This document shows, one piece after another, positions 53,165 to 63,479 of a DNA stretch of 64,000 nt. The translations under genes and the position numbers were made by a program. Origin of the DNA: an uncultured Holophagales bacterium. GTDB lineage: Bacteria > Acidobacteriota > Thermoanaerobaculia > Multivoradales > UBA5704. The DNA lies in the NCBI GenBank assembly GCA_963842525.1, contig CAWJGT010000009.1, positions 704,001 through 768,000 of the forward strand, read 5' to 3'. How positions within the stretch are numbered: the first letter of the stretch is position 1; every line of letters begins with the position of its first letter. The notes under the pieces were generated by a model that ran no database searches, was not told the DNA's origin, and saw only the letters and a program-made list of their open reading frames with translations.

Positions 53165-54119
53165 ATGAGAATGCAGCGCATCCTGTTTCCCCTCGGTGCC
53201 GCGGTGCTCTTCGCCGTGGCGGGGTGGGGAGGCGCCGCGCAACGGCAGCCCGGACCGGCCCAGCAACCACCCGCCCCCCCGGCGGCCAGCGCCTCGGCGG
53301 CCTACGTAGGCAGCGACGTCTGTACGGCCTGCCACGGCGAGGTCGCCGACCACCTGGCGAAGACCCCGCACGGCAAGGGCGGCTTCGCCCGCCTTTCCAA
53401 CCTGGGCTGCGAGACCTGCCACGGCCCGGGAGCGCGCACGCGGAAGACCCGGACAACCCGGCTCTCCATCCCCGAGTGGACAAGCTGAGCGTCGAGCGGC
53501 AGTCCGCGGTCTGCCAGAGCTGCCACGGCGGCGCCAGCCAGTTCCTCTGGCACGGCAGCGCGCACGAGCGGCGCAACCTCTCCTGCGTGAGCTGCCACAG
53601 CATCCATTCCTTCAAGTCGGAGAACGCGCAGCTCAAGACGGCGAGCACCCCGAGTCGTGCCTGTCCTGCCACAAGGACGTGCGCGCGGAAATGTGGAAGA
53701 ACTCGCATCACCCTATCCGCGAGGGCAAGATGGCGTGCGCCGACTGCCACAACCCGCACGGCACCCAGACCCCGAAGCTGATCAAGGCCGCGTCGGTCAA
53801 CGACCAGTGCTACACCTGCCACGCCGAGAAGCGCGGCCCGTTCCTGTGGGAGCACCCGCCGGTGCGGGAAAACTGCATGAACTGCCACACGCCGCACGGG
53901 TCGAACCACATCAAGCTGCAGAAGACCTCGGTGCCCTACATCTGCCAGCAGTGCCACGCCAACACCCGCCACCCGGGCACGCTCTACGACGCCTTCCGCG
54001 CGCCGACGCTCGAAAATCCGGCGACCGGCAGCAACCGGCTGTTCAACCGCGCCTGCCTGGATTGCCACGCGGCGGTCCACGGCTCCAACCACCCGTCGAG
54101 CCCGTACCTCGCGCACTAG
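53165..54119 (+). CDS. DmsE/MtrA-family decaheme cytochrome c (two frameshifts)
   Basis: Ten CXXCH across frames (CTACH, CETCH, CQSCH, CVSCH, CLSCH, CADCH, CYTCH, CMNCH, CQQCH, CLDCH); EKRGPFLWEH.PV, HGSNHPS. Confidence 0.9.
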
Positions 54120-54128
54120 GAGGATGCC

Positions 54129-56496
54129 ATGAGCACGATTCCGCAGAGCTCTGGCTCGTCGCGTCGTCGCCGCCGTGCTCCTCCTCGCGGGCCTGCCGCT
54201 CGCGGCGCAGGAGACGGAGGCGGAAACCGAGCCACGCTGCCGGGACGGAAACGCAGGCCGAAGCCGCGACGGAGGCCGAATCCGCGACCGAACTGAAGAG
54301 GCGACCGAGCCAAGGCTTCACCTTCCGGGTCGACCCGCTGGTCCTCCAGGTCCTGGAGACCGACGTCGACACCGAGTCGTCCAAGTTCGAGGAGTACCGT
54401 GATCTCGACAGCGGCTTCCGCCCCTCGCTCCATCTGTTCGGCGAGGGCGGCGACCGCACGCTCGATATCCGCGCCGACGCGATCGGCCGCGACGACGCCC
54501 GCTATACCCTCGACTACGGCGTATCCGGCCGGTACGGGCTCCTCTTCGATTTCAACAAGATCCCGCACCGCTTCGGCAACAACGGCCACATGCTGTGGAC
54601 GCGGACCGGCGCCGGCCGGCTCGAGATCGCCGACCCCGTCCAGGCCGCCATCGAAGGGGCCGTGGCACAGCAGTTCGCCACCAACCGGACCGGGGTGAAT
54701 TTCGCCTTCCTCAACGGCCTGCTCGCCCCATACCTGGCCACCGCCACCGAGGTCGACCTCGGCCTGATCCGCGACCGGACGCTCGTCCGGCTCGACCTGG
54801 GCCGCATGGCGCGGCTGGGCTGGAGCCTCGAATACAGCCACGAGAACCGCAAGGGCGACCGACCCTTCGGCGGCAGCTTCGGGTTCAACAACGTCACCGA
54901 GATCCCCGAGCCGATCGATTACAAGACCGACGCGGCCGAGCTGGCCGGCGAATGGAACACCCGGCAGGCCGGGCTGCGCTTCGGCTACCGCTACTCGACC
55001 TTCAAGAACGACATCAGCACACTGATCTGGGACAATCCGTTCCGGATCAATCCCTCGACCGATGCGAACGCCTATCAGTCACCCAGCTCGTCGTCCATCA
55101 ACGGCTCGAGCCTCGGCTTCGCCGACCTGGCGCCCGACAACGAGTCGAGCCTGCTCTTCCTGACCGGCCGCGCCCGGTTCGGGGGCGACTGGTTCGCCAA
55201 TGGCAGCGTGTCCTACAACGTCATGACGCAGGACGAGCCGCTGCTGCCCTACACGTTCAATCCGGCGATCGTCGGCATCGCCGAGACCGGCGCTGCGTTC
55301 GACCCGACCGAATCGCCAACCTTCCGGCCCGCAACGCCGACAACAAGGTCGACGTCTTCAACATCAGCGCGCAGACAGGCACCCGGTTCGGCGAGAGCCT
55401 GGGACTGACCTTCCGCTACCGCCTCTACGATTACGACAACAAGTCGCAGCGGATCGAGGTCCCCGGCTATGTGCGCTTCCATGCGGTCTGGGAAGAGATC
55501 CCGCGCATCACGGTCCCCTACGCCTACACGGTGCAGGACCTGGGAGCCGAGTTGGGCTGGGACTTCGTGCGCAACAGCCGCCTCGCCCTCTCCTACACCC
55601 TTCAGACCTGGGACCGCGAATTCCGCGAGGTGGAAAGCTCGGACGAGGACATCCTCAAGCTGAGCTTCGACAGCCGGCCGTTCGCCTGGCTCAACCTGCG
55701 AGCGAGCTACGAGATGGGCGACCGGTCGATCGACGGCTACGACCCGGAGGCCCAGGAGGCCAGCTTCGTCGATCCCGCAGGGGTCAGCAACCTGCCGGCG
55801 CTGCGCAAGTACGAGCAGGCCGCCCGCAAGTACGATCAGCTCAACGTCCAGGCCCAACTCGCGGGACAGGCCTGGAACCTCACCTTCGGAGTCACCGGGC
55901 GCGACGAGGACTACGACGAGAGCGCCTTCGGCCTGATCTCCGACGAGGTCCTGCAATACAACTTCGAGGTCGGCTACACGCCCGGAGACAACCTCAACTT
56001 CTACGTCTTCGGCCATCGCGCCGACCGCGACGTCTTCCAGCGCGCCCGCCAGTCCGGCGCGACCCCTTCGAACAACCCGCTGGACGACTGGACGGCGGAT
56101 TTCGACGAAAAGACCGACACCTGGGGCCTGGGCTTCACGTCCCGCTTCGCCGAGAAGTGGACGACCGACATTTCCGGCCGCTGGTCGAAATCGGACGGCT
56201 TCGCGGACTTCACCGCCTTCCCCGGCGGCCTGCCGCTGTCCGGCCGCCCTGTCCAGCAGGCCCTCGACTTCGACAACTACGAGGACATCGAGCTCCTCAG
56301 CCTGCTCGGCCGGCTGGACTACCGGATCACCGACCAGGCCTCGGCGGGGGTCTTCTACCGCTACGAGGACTACACCATCGACAGCTTCATCCTGCAGGGC
56401 CTGACCAACTACCTGCCAGGCGCGCTGCTGCTCAACCCCGAGCAGGGGGACTACCAGGCCAACATCTTCGGCCTGGAGCTGAAGCTGGCCTTCTGA
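54129..56496 (+). CDS. MtrB/PioB-family outer-membrane beta-barrel (frameshifted)
   Basis: SKFEEYRD, EIPEPIDY, LIWDNPF, LAPDN, aromatic beta-strands, terminal LKLAF; follows the decaheme gene. Confidence 0.88.
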
Positions 56497-56849
56497 AGAT
56501 TCGGGCCTACCGTCTGTACTCTCCCCCACCTGCTGACGGAAAGCCGGCTCTGGGCCGTGCCTGAGCCGGTCTTTTCGGGCCAGCGAGGCCCGCTCACTCC
56601 AGCCGGCACCTCCGCCGTCCTCTCTTGCTGTCCTTGAGGTCCTGTTCGTCCGTGCCGTCCGTGTTCGTCCCTTCTCCCTCCCTCGTGGACTGGCGCCTCC
56701 CTCGCGCGCGAAAGGCTTTATCTTTCTCTCTGAGACTGCCTATTCAGTATCAGATTGAGAATGAGTAGACGCGCGCACGCGCGCGTGGACCGTGTCCGCG
56801 ACCGTCCAGCAACCGCTCCCCGAACCCTTCCCGCAACCGCCAAGGGTGC

Positions 56850-57011
56850 GAAATGAAGAAATCATTTCTTCGTTTCCCTTCATGCACTGATCCCGGATCT
56901 CCTGCAAATTGAGCGGTTTACGCCCAAATCGCACTCGCGCTCACTTTGAGGTCTTGCGCCCCTCGATACAACCTGCTCTCCGACCAAGGAGGGAGCACGC
57001 ATGCCGACCCC
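56850..57011 (+). repeat. Palindrome + conserved leader cassette, copy 0 (upstream of rep)
   Basis: GAAATGAAGAAAT-c-ATTTCTTCGTTTC, then ggtttacg..tttgaggtcttgcgcccctcga..caacctgctctccgac..ggagggagc..ATGCCGACC. Confidence 0.8.
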
Positions 57012-58054
57012 AGCAAGCTTCTACCGCCAAGTGGACGTTCACCTCCACGGTGACACCAAATTCCTTGCCCTCACTCCGGAAACTCCGTCTGGACGTGGAC
57101 TCTTCAAGCACCTCCTCATCTGCCCGGAGCTGGGGCCGCTTCCAGGAGTGATCCGCTCCGGCGCCGCCGCCATGGCGGAAGTCCTGGAGTGGCCCCCGGA
57201 TTCGTTCCTGGAGCGGTTCGAGGAACTGATCCGGGAACACCTGGTCGAGGTCGACTGGAAAGCCCGGCTGATCTTCCTCACCAACGGCATCCGCTACAAC
57301 GCGCCGGACAATCCCAACCAGGTCATCGGCTGGGCACGCCACTGGAATGCCCTGCCCGACTCCTCCCTCAAGAGCGTTATCTGGGCGAGCTACCTCGCTC
57401 ACTTCAAGAGCGACGCCGAGAGACGGCGCAAAGAGATCCAGGCTGGGACGAGAGACCAACGGCAAGACCCGGAGGCCCTCCTCAAAGCCTTCCTCGAAAA
57501 CATCGCCAAGCCGGGAGCTGCCCTGCCGGAAGGTGAGATGGAATCGATACCGGCTCCCGCGCCGGTGCCTGCACCCGCAGCCGGCCCGCGGCCGGTGGCG
57601 CCCCCGCCGAAGACTCGCTGGGACGCCGCGCCGCTCCCGGGGGAGTCTCTGCTCGACACCCTGGCGCAGGAGCTTCAAGCCGCCCACCCGCCCGGGCTTG
57701 CCGGGGGAACAGACCTCCAGCACGCGCTCCTCCAAGCGCTGAAGACCGGCGAGCCTCCGCGCCGACGGCACCGCCGCACGACCAGGAATCCAAAGCCTCA
57801 CCCTGTCCGAGCTTCGCGAGCGCCATACCGCTTGGTGCGCTGCCTGGGAGGCTGGAGCCAGCCTCCCCATGAACCTCGCCAACTGGATCAACAAGCGACG
57901 GTGCTGGCGCGAGCAGCCGCCGGAGCCCCGCCCCGATCGCACCGGGGCCCGAGCCCCGAACGACCCACCCAGCGGAGCGGCTGAAAAGCTCCAGCAAATC
58001 GTCGATCTCGAGGAAGAGAGCCTGAGGACCATCAAGTGGAGGAGTCACTCATGA
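57001..58054 (+). CDS. Phage-type replication initiator / replisome organiser (frameshifted 3' half)
   Basis: wHTH-like N-terminus, LIFLTNGIRYNAPDNPNQVIGW, PAPAPVPAPA linker; last frame ends in an ATGA overlap with the DnaC-like gene. Confidence 0.65.
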
Positions 58055-58845
58055 ACAGCCTCGCGACCGTCTGGACCGATCTCCAGCGGAAACTGGCTGC
58101 CAACCCCGCAGACTGGCCCGTCTACGTCTGCCCTGGCGGGCACGAGATCGCCCTCCCTCCCTTCTCACGGCTCTGGGACAAAGAGACCGGCCGCCTGACC
58201 GCCCGTCCCGAGTGCCTGGACTGCGAGAAGACGAGGATGGCTTTCCAGCGGTCTCAGCGCCGTCTCCTCGCCGACCGCGAGTCCGCCCTGCTCTCTCACG
58301 GCGTCCCCGCCCGCCTCGCCGGCCAGCCGTTCGTAGGAGGCATGCCCCACGTCCTCGGCCATGACCTGGCCGCCTGGACCGGTGGCCCGGCCACCTGGGC
58401 CGTCGTCCTCCACGGCGTGGAAGACGCCGGCAAGAGCATGCTCGCCGCGCAGCTCCTGTGGCTGCGGCTGCCCCATATCCGAACTGCTGCATGGTGGCGG
58501 GCCGCCCACCTCCTCGATGCGCTCCTTGGCTCCTTCGGCGAAGAGACCCGGGTCCGCGCCCACCAGGAGAGCACCGCGGACCTCCTCGTCATCGACGACC
58601 TCGGCCATGTCCTGGGCGACCGCGGGCTCGACGTTCTGTACAACCTCGTCACAGCACGCCAGGAGCAAGTCCGCGCCACCATCCTCACCCTCGACGAGTC
58701 CCTCGTTGCGTTCTGCAAGCGGCACTGGAGCCTCGGATCGAAACTGACACGCGACACCCTCCCGGTGCCCTTCGCCCAAACCTACGCAGAAAGGACGAGG
58801 CAGGAAGGCTCAAGAGCCGGCAAGCCGGCAAAGGCCGGGCAGTGA
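58051..58845 (+). CDS. DnaC/IstB-like AAA+ ATPase (helicase loader)
   Basis: Zn pairs CPGGH..CLDC, GVPAR, Walker A GVEDAGKS, Walker B LLVIDDLG. Confidence 0.8.
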   Translation: MNSLATVWTDLQRKLAANPADWPVYVCPGGHEIALPPFSRLWDKETGRLTARPECLDCEKTRMAFQRSQRRLLADRESALLSHGVPARLAGQPFVGGMPHVLGHDLAAWTGGPATWAVVLHGVEDAGKSMLAAQLLWLRLPHIRTAAWWRAAHLLDALLGSFGEETRVRAHQESTADLLVIDDLGHVLGDRGLDVLYNLVTARQEQVRATILTLDESLVAFCKRHWSLGSKLTRDTLPVPFAQTYAERTRQEGSRAGKPAKAGQ

Positions 58846-59762
58846 AGCTGCTGATCTCTGAGCCGGTGGAAAGCATCCCGCTGCCGAAATTGTCGAGATT
58901 ATTCTCGACAATCTGGCGGTCCGTTGAGTCGTCGATCTCCTTTAAAACTGCAGGTTTACGTCGTATCTCGCCTTCCTCGCGATTTGGAGGTCTTGCGCTC
59001 CTCGAAGGAATCTGCTCTCCGACAGAGGGAGGAGCCGAGATGCCGAACCCATCGACCTGGAACCCATGGGGCTGCGCCACATCGCCGCCTTTCGGGCCTC
59101 CGGAGGACCAAAGTGTAAGGTTCAACCTTACACTTTTTTCTGCCCCCGAACCGTTCATCTCCTTTGGGTTGTGTGGCTTACGCCGGATCTTGCCCCACTC
59201 CCGATTTGGAGGTCTTGCGCTCCTCGAAGCAACCTGCTTTCCGACAGAGGGAGGAGCCAAGATGACGAACCGATCACCCTGGAACCCACAAGCACCGGTG
59301 GCCCGTTCAACCTTCCCACACCCAGCCCGGCGGGGTAAGAGGGAAGAGGGGAGCGGCTCCCGCCCTACACCCGTTTCGGCCGGGGCAGCTAGCGCCGCAC
59401 ACACGCCTTGTTCGGGCGGCCATGCGACCCGCAGAGGCACAGGCACCGTCCGATGCGCCGGAACCTCTCGTGCCTTCCCTGAGGGATCTCAGGGCCACCA
59501 CGCCGCGCGGCAAGCCTGGCCTGAGGCCCTGAAGTGGAGCCTGCGGCCGACAAAGGACCAGATTATCTGGTCCTTGCCTCTTATACCGCGAGCGAGCCTA
59601 TCTCCCGTGGATTGTGCGACTTACCTCCTCCCACGGCACTCCTGCCGATTTGGTGCTCTTGAGCTCCTGGAGACAACCTCCTTTCCGAACAAAGGAGGAG
59701 CCAAGATGCCCAACCCGTCACCACAGAAGCGACTGGCCAAGGCCGGAAAGGAGCGGTCCTGA
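58842..59762 (+). CDS. Possible ORF reading in frame through all three cassettes
   Basis: GTGA overlap with the DnaC stop, TGATG overlap with the next gene, no stops; composition is not convincingly protein-like. Confidence 0.3.
   Translation: MKLLISEPVESIPLPKLSRLFSTIWRSVESSISFKTAGLRRISPSSRFGGLALLEGICSPTEGGAEMPNPSTWNPWGCATSPPFGPPEDQSVRFNLTLFSAPEPFISFGLCGLRRILPHSRFGGLALLEATCFPTEGGAKMTNRSPWNPQAPVARSTFPHPARRGKREEGSGSRPTPVSAGAASAAHTPCSGGHATRRGTGTVRCAGTSRAFPEGSQGHHAARQAWPEALKWSLRPTKDQIIWSLPLIPRASLSPVDCATYLLPRHSCRFGALELLETTSFPNKGGAKMPNPSPQKRLAKAGKERS
58889..59730 (+). repeat. Palindrome + conserved leader cassettes, copies 1-3
   Basis: Leader CGATTTGGAGGTCTTGCGCTCCTCGAAG..CTGCT.TCCGACAGAGGGAGGAGCC.AGATG with ATGs at 59040, 59262, 59706; palindromes at 58889-58912, 59110-59136, 59553-59575. 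Confidence 0.88.
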
Positions 59763-60161
59763 TGCGTCTCGATCCCAAGCACGCCCACGAGCCTTCCCCG
59801 TGTCGATCCCGGCCGCGTCCGCTCTGGCAGGGCCGTGGGGCTGCGCGACGGTGCCCTCCTCGCCCTCGTCGCGGCGGGCCTGAGCGCCACCGAGATCGCA
59901 GCCCTCCAGGCCTCAGCCATCACCATGGCCGACAGCAAGCTCGTCCTCGCAGTCCATCGCCACGGCATCACCTGGTCCGCCCCTCTGCCCACTGACCTCG
60001 GAGCCCGGCTGCTCGTTTGGCTAACAGAAAACCGGCTCTGGGCCGTCCCTGAGCCTGTGTTCCGAGGCCAGCGAGGCCCCCTCACCCCGGTGGGCATCTG
60101 CGCCGTTCTCAAGCGCTACCACAACCACCAGCCAGCGCCGGCGCGCAGGAAACGCAAGTGA
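59762..60161 (+). pseudogene. Truncated tyrosine-recombinase-like protein
   Basis: GLRDGALLAL..GLSATEIAAL box I-like, P.F.G.RG.LT; no HxxR or catalytic Tyr; frameshift near 59815. Confidence 0.55.
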
Positions 60162-61064
60162 GAGTCGCGACCTACGCCCGCACCTCGGCCGCCGACCTCG
60201 GCCGAGTCACCGTCGAGCGGACCCTCGCCGGCTTGGCTGACCACGCGGCCCGGAGCGGCTGGGAAGTCGTCCTGGAGTGCGCCGATCAGGGACCCTGGCT
60301 CGAAGGCCGGAGAGAAGGCCTCCAGCGTCTGATCGCCGCCGTGCGAGTGAACGCCGTGCAAGGCATTCTGGTCCACTCCCTCGGCCAGCTCGCGCGCTCC
60401 CTGCGCCACCTGACCGAGCTGGGCCAGCTCCTCGATCGCCAGGGCGTCGCCCTGATAGCCATCGAAGACCACATCGACACCACCGACCCGGGCGGCCTGA
60501 TCCGCTGGCTGGCTCGATCCCTCCGTCCGCCTGGACCGCCACATCCGCTCCGAAGGAGCCAGGCTCGCCCGCCTGCGGGCTTCTGGCGAGCCCTGGGGCC
60601 ACCCCATGGCGGCCGTGAGCCCGAAAGAGCTGCTGGCCTGCTGGGAAGGCCGGAGAGGCCGCCGTCCCCTGTCCCTACGCGCTATCGCCGCCAGATTCGG
60701 CGTCTCAGAAGCCACCATCCGCAAGCGCCTCCGCGAGCTCCGCACCGCCGGTAAAGTCAACGACGAAGCCCGGTCTCGCGCCCTCGCCTCCTGGGGCGGT
60801 CTCCGCAAGGGCGGCCGGCCGCCAGATCCCCTCGACGACGACGCCCTCACCGCTGAGTGGGCAGTACAGCACCAAGCCGCCCGCCTGCGAGGCCACGAGC
60901 CGAGCCTCGCCGCCATCGCCCGCCACCTCCACGTCGAGCCGCAGCCGCGTCCGCGCAAGGCTCCAAGAGCTCGGCCTGCTCCCACAGAGCCCTGGGTACA
61001 CATCCCCGAGGACCAGAGCGGCCAGGGCCACCAGCCAAAACAAGCTCATAGGGAAAACCGATGA
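60158..61064 (+). CDS. Serine recombinase (resolvase domain + HTH), frameshift near 60510
   Basis: MRVATYARTS, REGLQRL, SLGQLARSLRHL, IDTT.P.G; second frame SLRAIAARFGVSEATIRKRL. Confidence 0.75.
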
Positions 61065-61312
61065 AAAACGACAGCAGACCGCAGCAGTCACCACCGAGTC
61101 GGCACACGTTGTCCAACGTTGGTGAGGTGCTCCCCCGGTTCATGACCTGGCCCGAGGTGATCAGTTGGTCAAGCCTGTCCCGGTCCACGTTGCGACGGGA
61201 AATCGCGGCCGGCCGGTTCCCCGCCCCGGAGACTCTCAGCCCTGGAAGGGAAGCCTTTCGCGTGGACAAGCTCCGCGAATGGCAAGAAGGCCGGCGCGAC
61301 TGGGCCGCCTAG
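61061..61312 (+). CDS. AlpA-family regulator / excisionase
   Basis: RFMTWPEV..SLSRSTLRREIAAGRFPAP..LS....AF....LREW. Confidence 0.85.
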   Translation: MKNDSRPQQSPPSRHTLSNVGEVLPRFMTWPEVISWSSLSRSTLRREIAAGRFPAPETLSPGREAFRVDKLREWQEGRRDWAA

Positions 61313-62609
61313 GCCTGAGAAGGCACCACGCCGGCCGGCTCGCCGAAGAAGATGCTCCGTAGATGGGCGTCCCAACGCAGCCCGGCCGTCCATTTCTCGG
61401 CGTCGTAGTCATAAAGGTTGTAGTGAATCGTTTCGATGGTCCCATCAGTGTGGTTGACCAGACGTCGCCGGACCTCCTGCAGCACGCCAAGCCGAGCCAA
61501 GGAAGTCAGGAACGTCGTCCGCAGGTTGCGAGCCACGAAGGGGAAGCCCACCTTGGCCGACACCTGGGAACAGAACGCCGTGATGCTCTCGGCGTGGAGG
61601 TGATGGTCCTGCAGCCGATCGCTGGGGAAGACATACGGCAGCCCGGCACTCAACCTCTCGACGCGCGGCAGCACATACTCGCTCCACAGCGGCAGCAGCG
61701 GCACCCGGTGATCCCGTCCCGTCTTCGTGTACCGCCGCCGCCCAATGTAGCCCGGCAGGTTCCACCACTGAGCCTCCAGATCCTGGCGGCGCATGCCGAC
61801 GGTTTCGGTGGTGCGCTGGCCCAGCAGGAGGCGCGTCAGCACCACCAAAGCGAACAGATCCCGGGTCGTAGTGAACTGGCCGTTGTGCAGCTCCGCCTGT
61901 TTGTCGGGCACCGGCTGGTCGGCGATCTCCAGGAGGGCAAACCACAGCGCCCGGAGCTGGTCATCGGAGAGGCTCCTGCGTTCCGGAGGCGCGGCCGGCT
62001 TGGGGTAGGGGAAGCGCCGGACCGGGTTGTACTCGACGAGCTCGCGCCCTTCGGCCCAGGTGAAGATGGCCGAGATCACAAACAGCAGGCCGCGAGCGCT
62101 GACGGCGTGCCCGCCGGTGACGAGCCGGTCGATGACCAGATGGAGATGGCGCTTGCGCACCTCGCCAGCGGGCATCTGGCCGATGACGGGAATCACATCC
62201 TTGCGGACCCGCCGCTGGACGTCGTACCAGGTCGCGAGATGATCGCGAGCGTGGCGCTCCATGTAGAGCTCGAAGAGCCCGCGAAGGTCATCGGGTGTTC
62301 CTCGGGAGCCTCGGGAGGAGCCATCCGAAGCTTCTTCGGGTCCCGCCCCGAGCTGGCGGCGTTAAGATCCTGTCGAGTCTCCTCGCGGGCCTGAGCGAGG
62401 GAGACGCGGGGGAAGGGTCCGATGGTCCGGCGATCCTGCTTGTCCTGGCCCTTGACCCTGTAGACGACGGAGAAGGAGCCATGCCCCTTGTCGCTCTTGC
62501 GGAAGCGAAGCCCCGGGACCACCGTGTCACTCCATTCCTGCCTTTCCTTGCCATCGGGAACGCGGAGACCGCGCAGGGTGCGATCCTCAAATTTGATGTT
62601 GTAGCTCAT
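61309..62609 (-). CDS. Tyrosine integrase with arm-DNA-binding domain (frameshift near 62280)
   Basis: SDTVVPGLRFR..IGPFPRVSLAQARE (arm domain); GQRTTE, TKTGRDHRVPL, RNLRTT, VNH, HYN. Confidence 0.9.
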
Positions 62610-62762
62610 GGGCGTAAGTATAGCATAACTGGGTCACGCCCGGGTCACACAGCTCCGCGCTTACTGGCGAAAAGTGGTCACGATTGGCACCGCCTGGAGC
62701 GTCTTCCCCTCGGGGAAGGCCCGGATGAGATCACATGAACACCGATGACCTAATTAACCGGG

Positions 62763-63443
62763 TCATCCCCCCTCTCCCGGTCGGGGGGAGGGCGATGGGA
62801 GAGGGGGACAGGGGGTGAGGAACGTCTCCCGCCACCCGCGCGTCGCCGCCAGCAGCTCCAGGGCGCGGTCGAGTCGCGTCTGGTTCTCCGGCTTGACCAG
62901 CCAGGTGCTGCGGCCCGAGGGGTGCGGCAGGGAGATGACTTCGAATTCGATCTCCTCCCGGGCGACCCGGAAGACCTGGCCGACCCGCTCGTGGAGCGGC
63001 GCGGGCTCGGGGAGGAACTTGGCGATGGCGAGTAGGCCCACGGCGATCACGGTGAGCGGCCGGATCAGGCGGATCTCCTCCTCCAGCCAGGGAGCACAGT
63101 TGGCGATCTCCAGCGGAGCGGGCGGACGGTCGCCTCCCTGGGGAGCCCGGCCGGGGAAGCAGCGGATCACCGCCGCCATCCAGACCCGGCGCCGGAACTC
63201 CTCCTCCGAAGCACCCAGCCGCGCGAACCAGGAGAAGAGGCGCGTCCCGGCCGTGAAGGCGAAGGGTATCCCCAGGTCACGCTCCCGCGGCCCGGGGGCC
63301 TGCCCGACCAGCATCATCCGCGGCCAAACTTCGGGCCGGACGATCACCGGCGGCGGCTCGACGGTCGGGCAGATCCGGCACCCCCGCACCTGGGCGATGT
63401 AGCGGTCCAGGGCAGGCCAGTCGAAATGTCCGGATTGCGTCAC
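62763..63443 (-). CDS. Uracil-DNA glycosylase superfamily protein
   Basis: CRICP, MLVGQAPG, F...AG.RL, RCFPG, LPHPSG. Confidence 0.9.
   Translation of the reverse strand: MTQSGHFDWPALDRYIAQVRGCRICPTVEPPPVIVRPEVWPRMMLVGQAPGPRERDLGIPFAFTAGTRLFSWFARLGASEEEFRRRVWMAAVIRCFPGRAPQGGDRPPAPLEIANCAPWLEEEIRLIRPLTVIAVGLLAIAKFLPEPAPLHERVGQVFRVAREEIEFEVISLPHPSGRSTWLVKPENQTRLDRALELLAATRGWRETFLTPCPPLPSPSPRPGEGG
62766..62820 (-). repeat. BoxC/REP-like element forming the 3' end of the UDG ORF
   Basis: Reverse strand cctcaccccctgtccccctctcccatc..gggagagggggg; encodes TPCPPLPSPSPRPGEGG-stop. Confidence 0.75.
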
Positions 63444-63479
63444 GCGGCGGATTGTACCTGCGCACCCGCGCCAGGGGAT

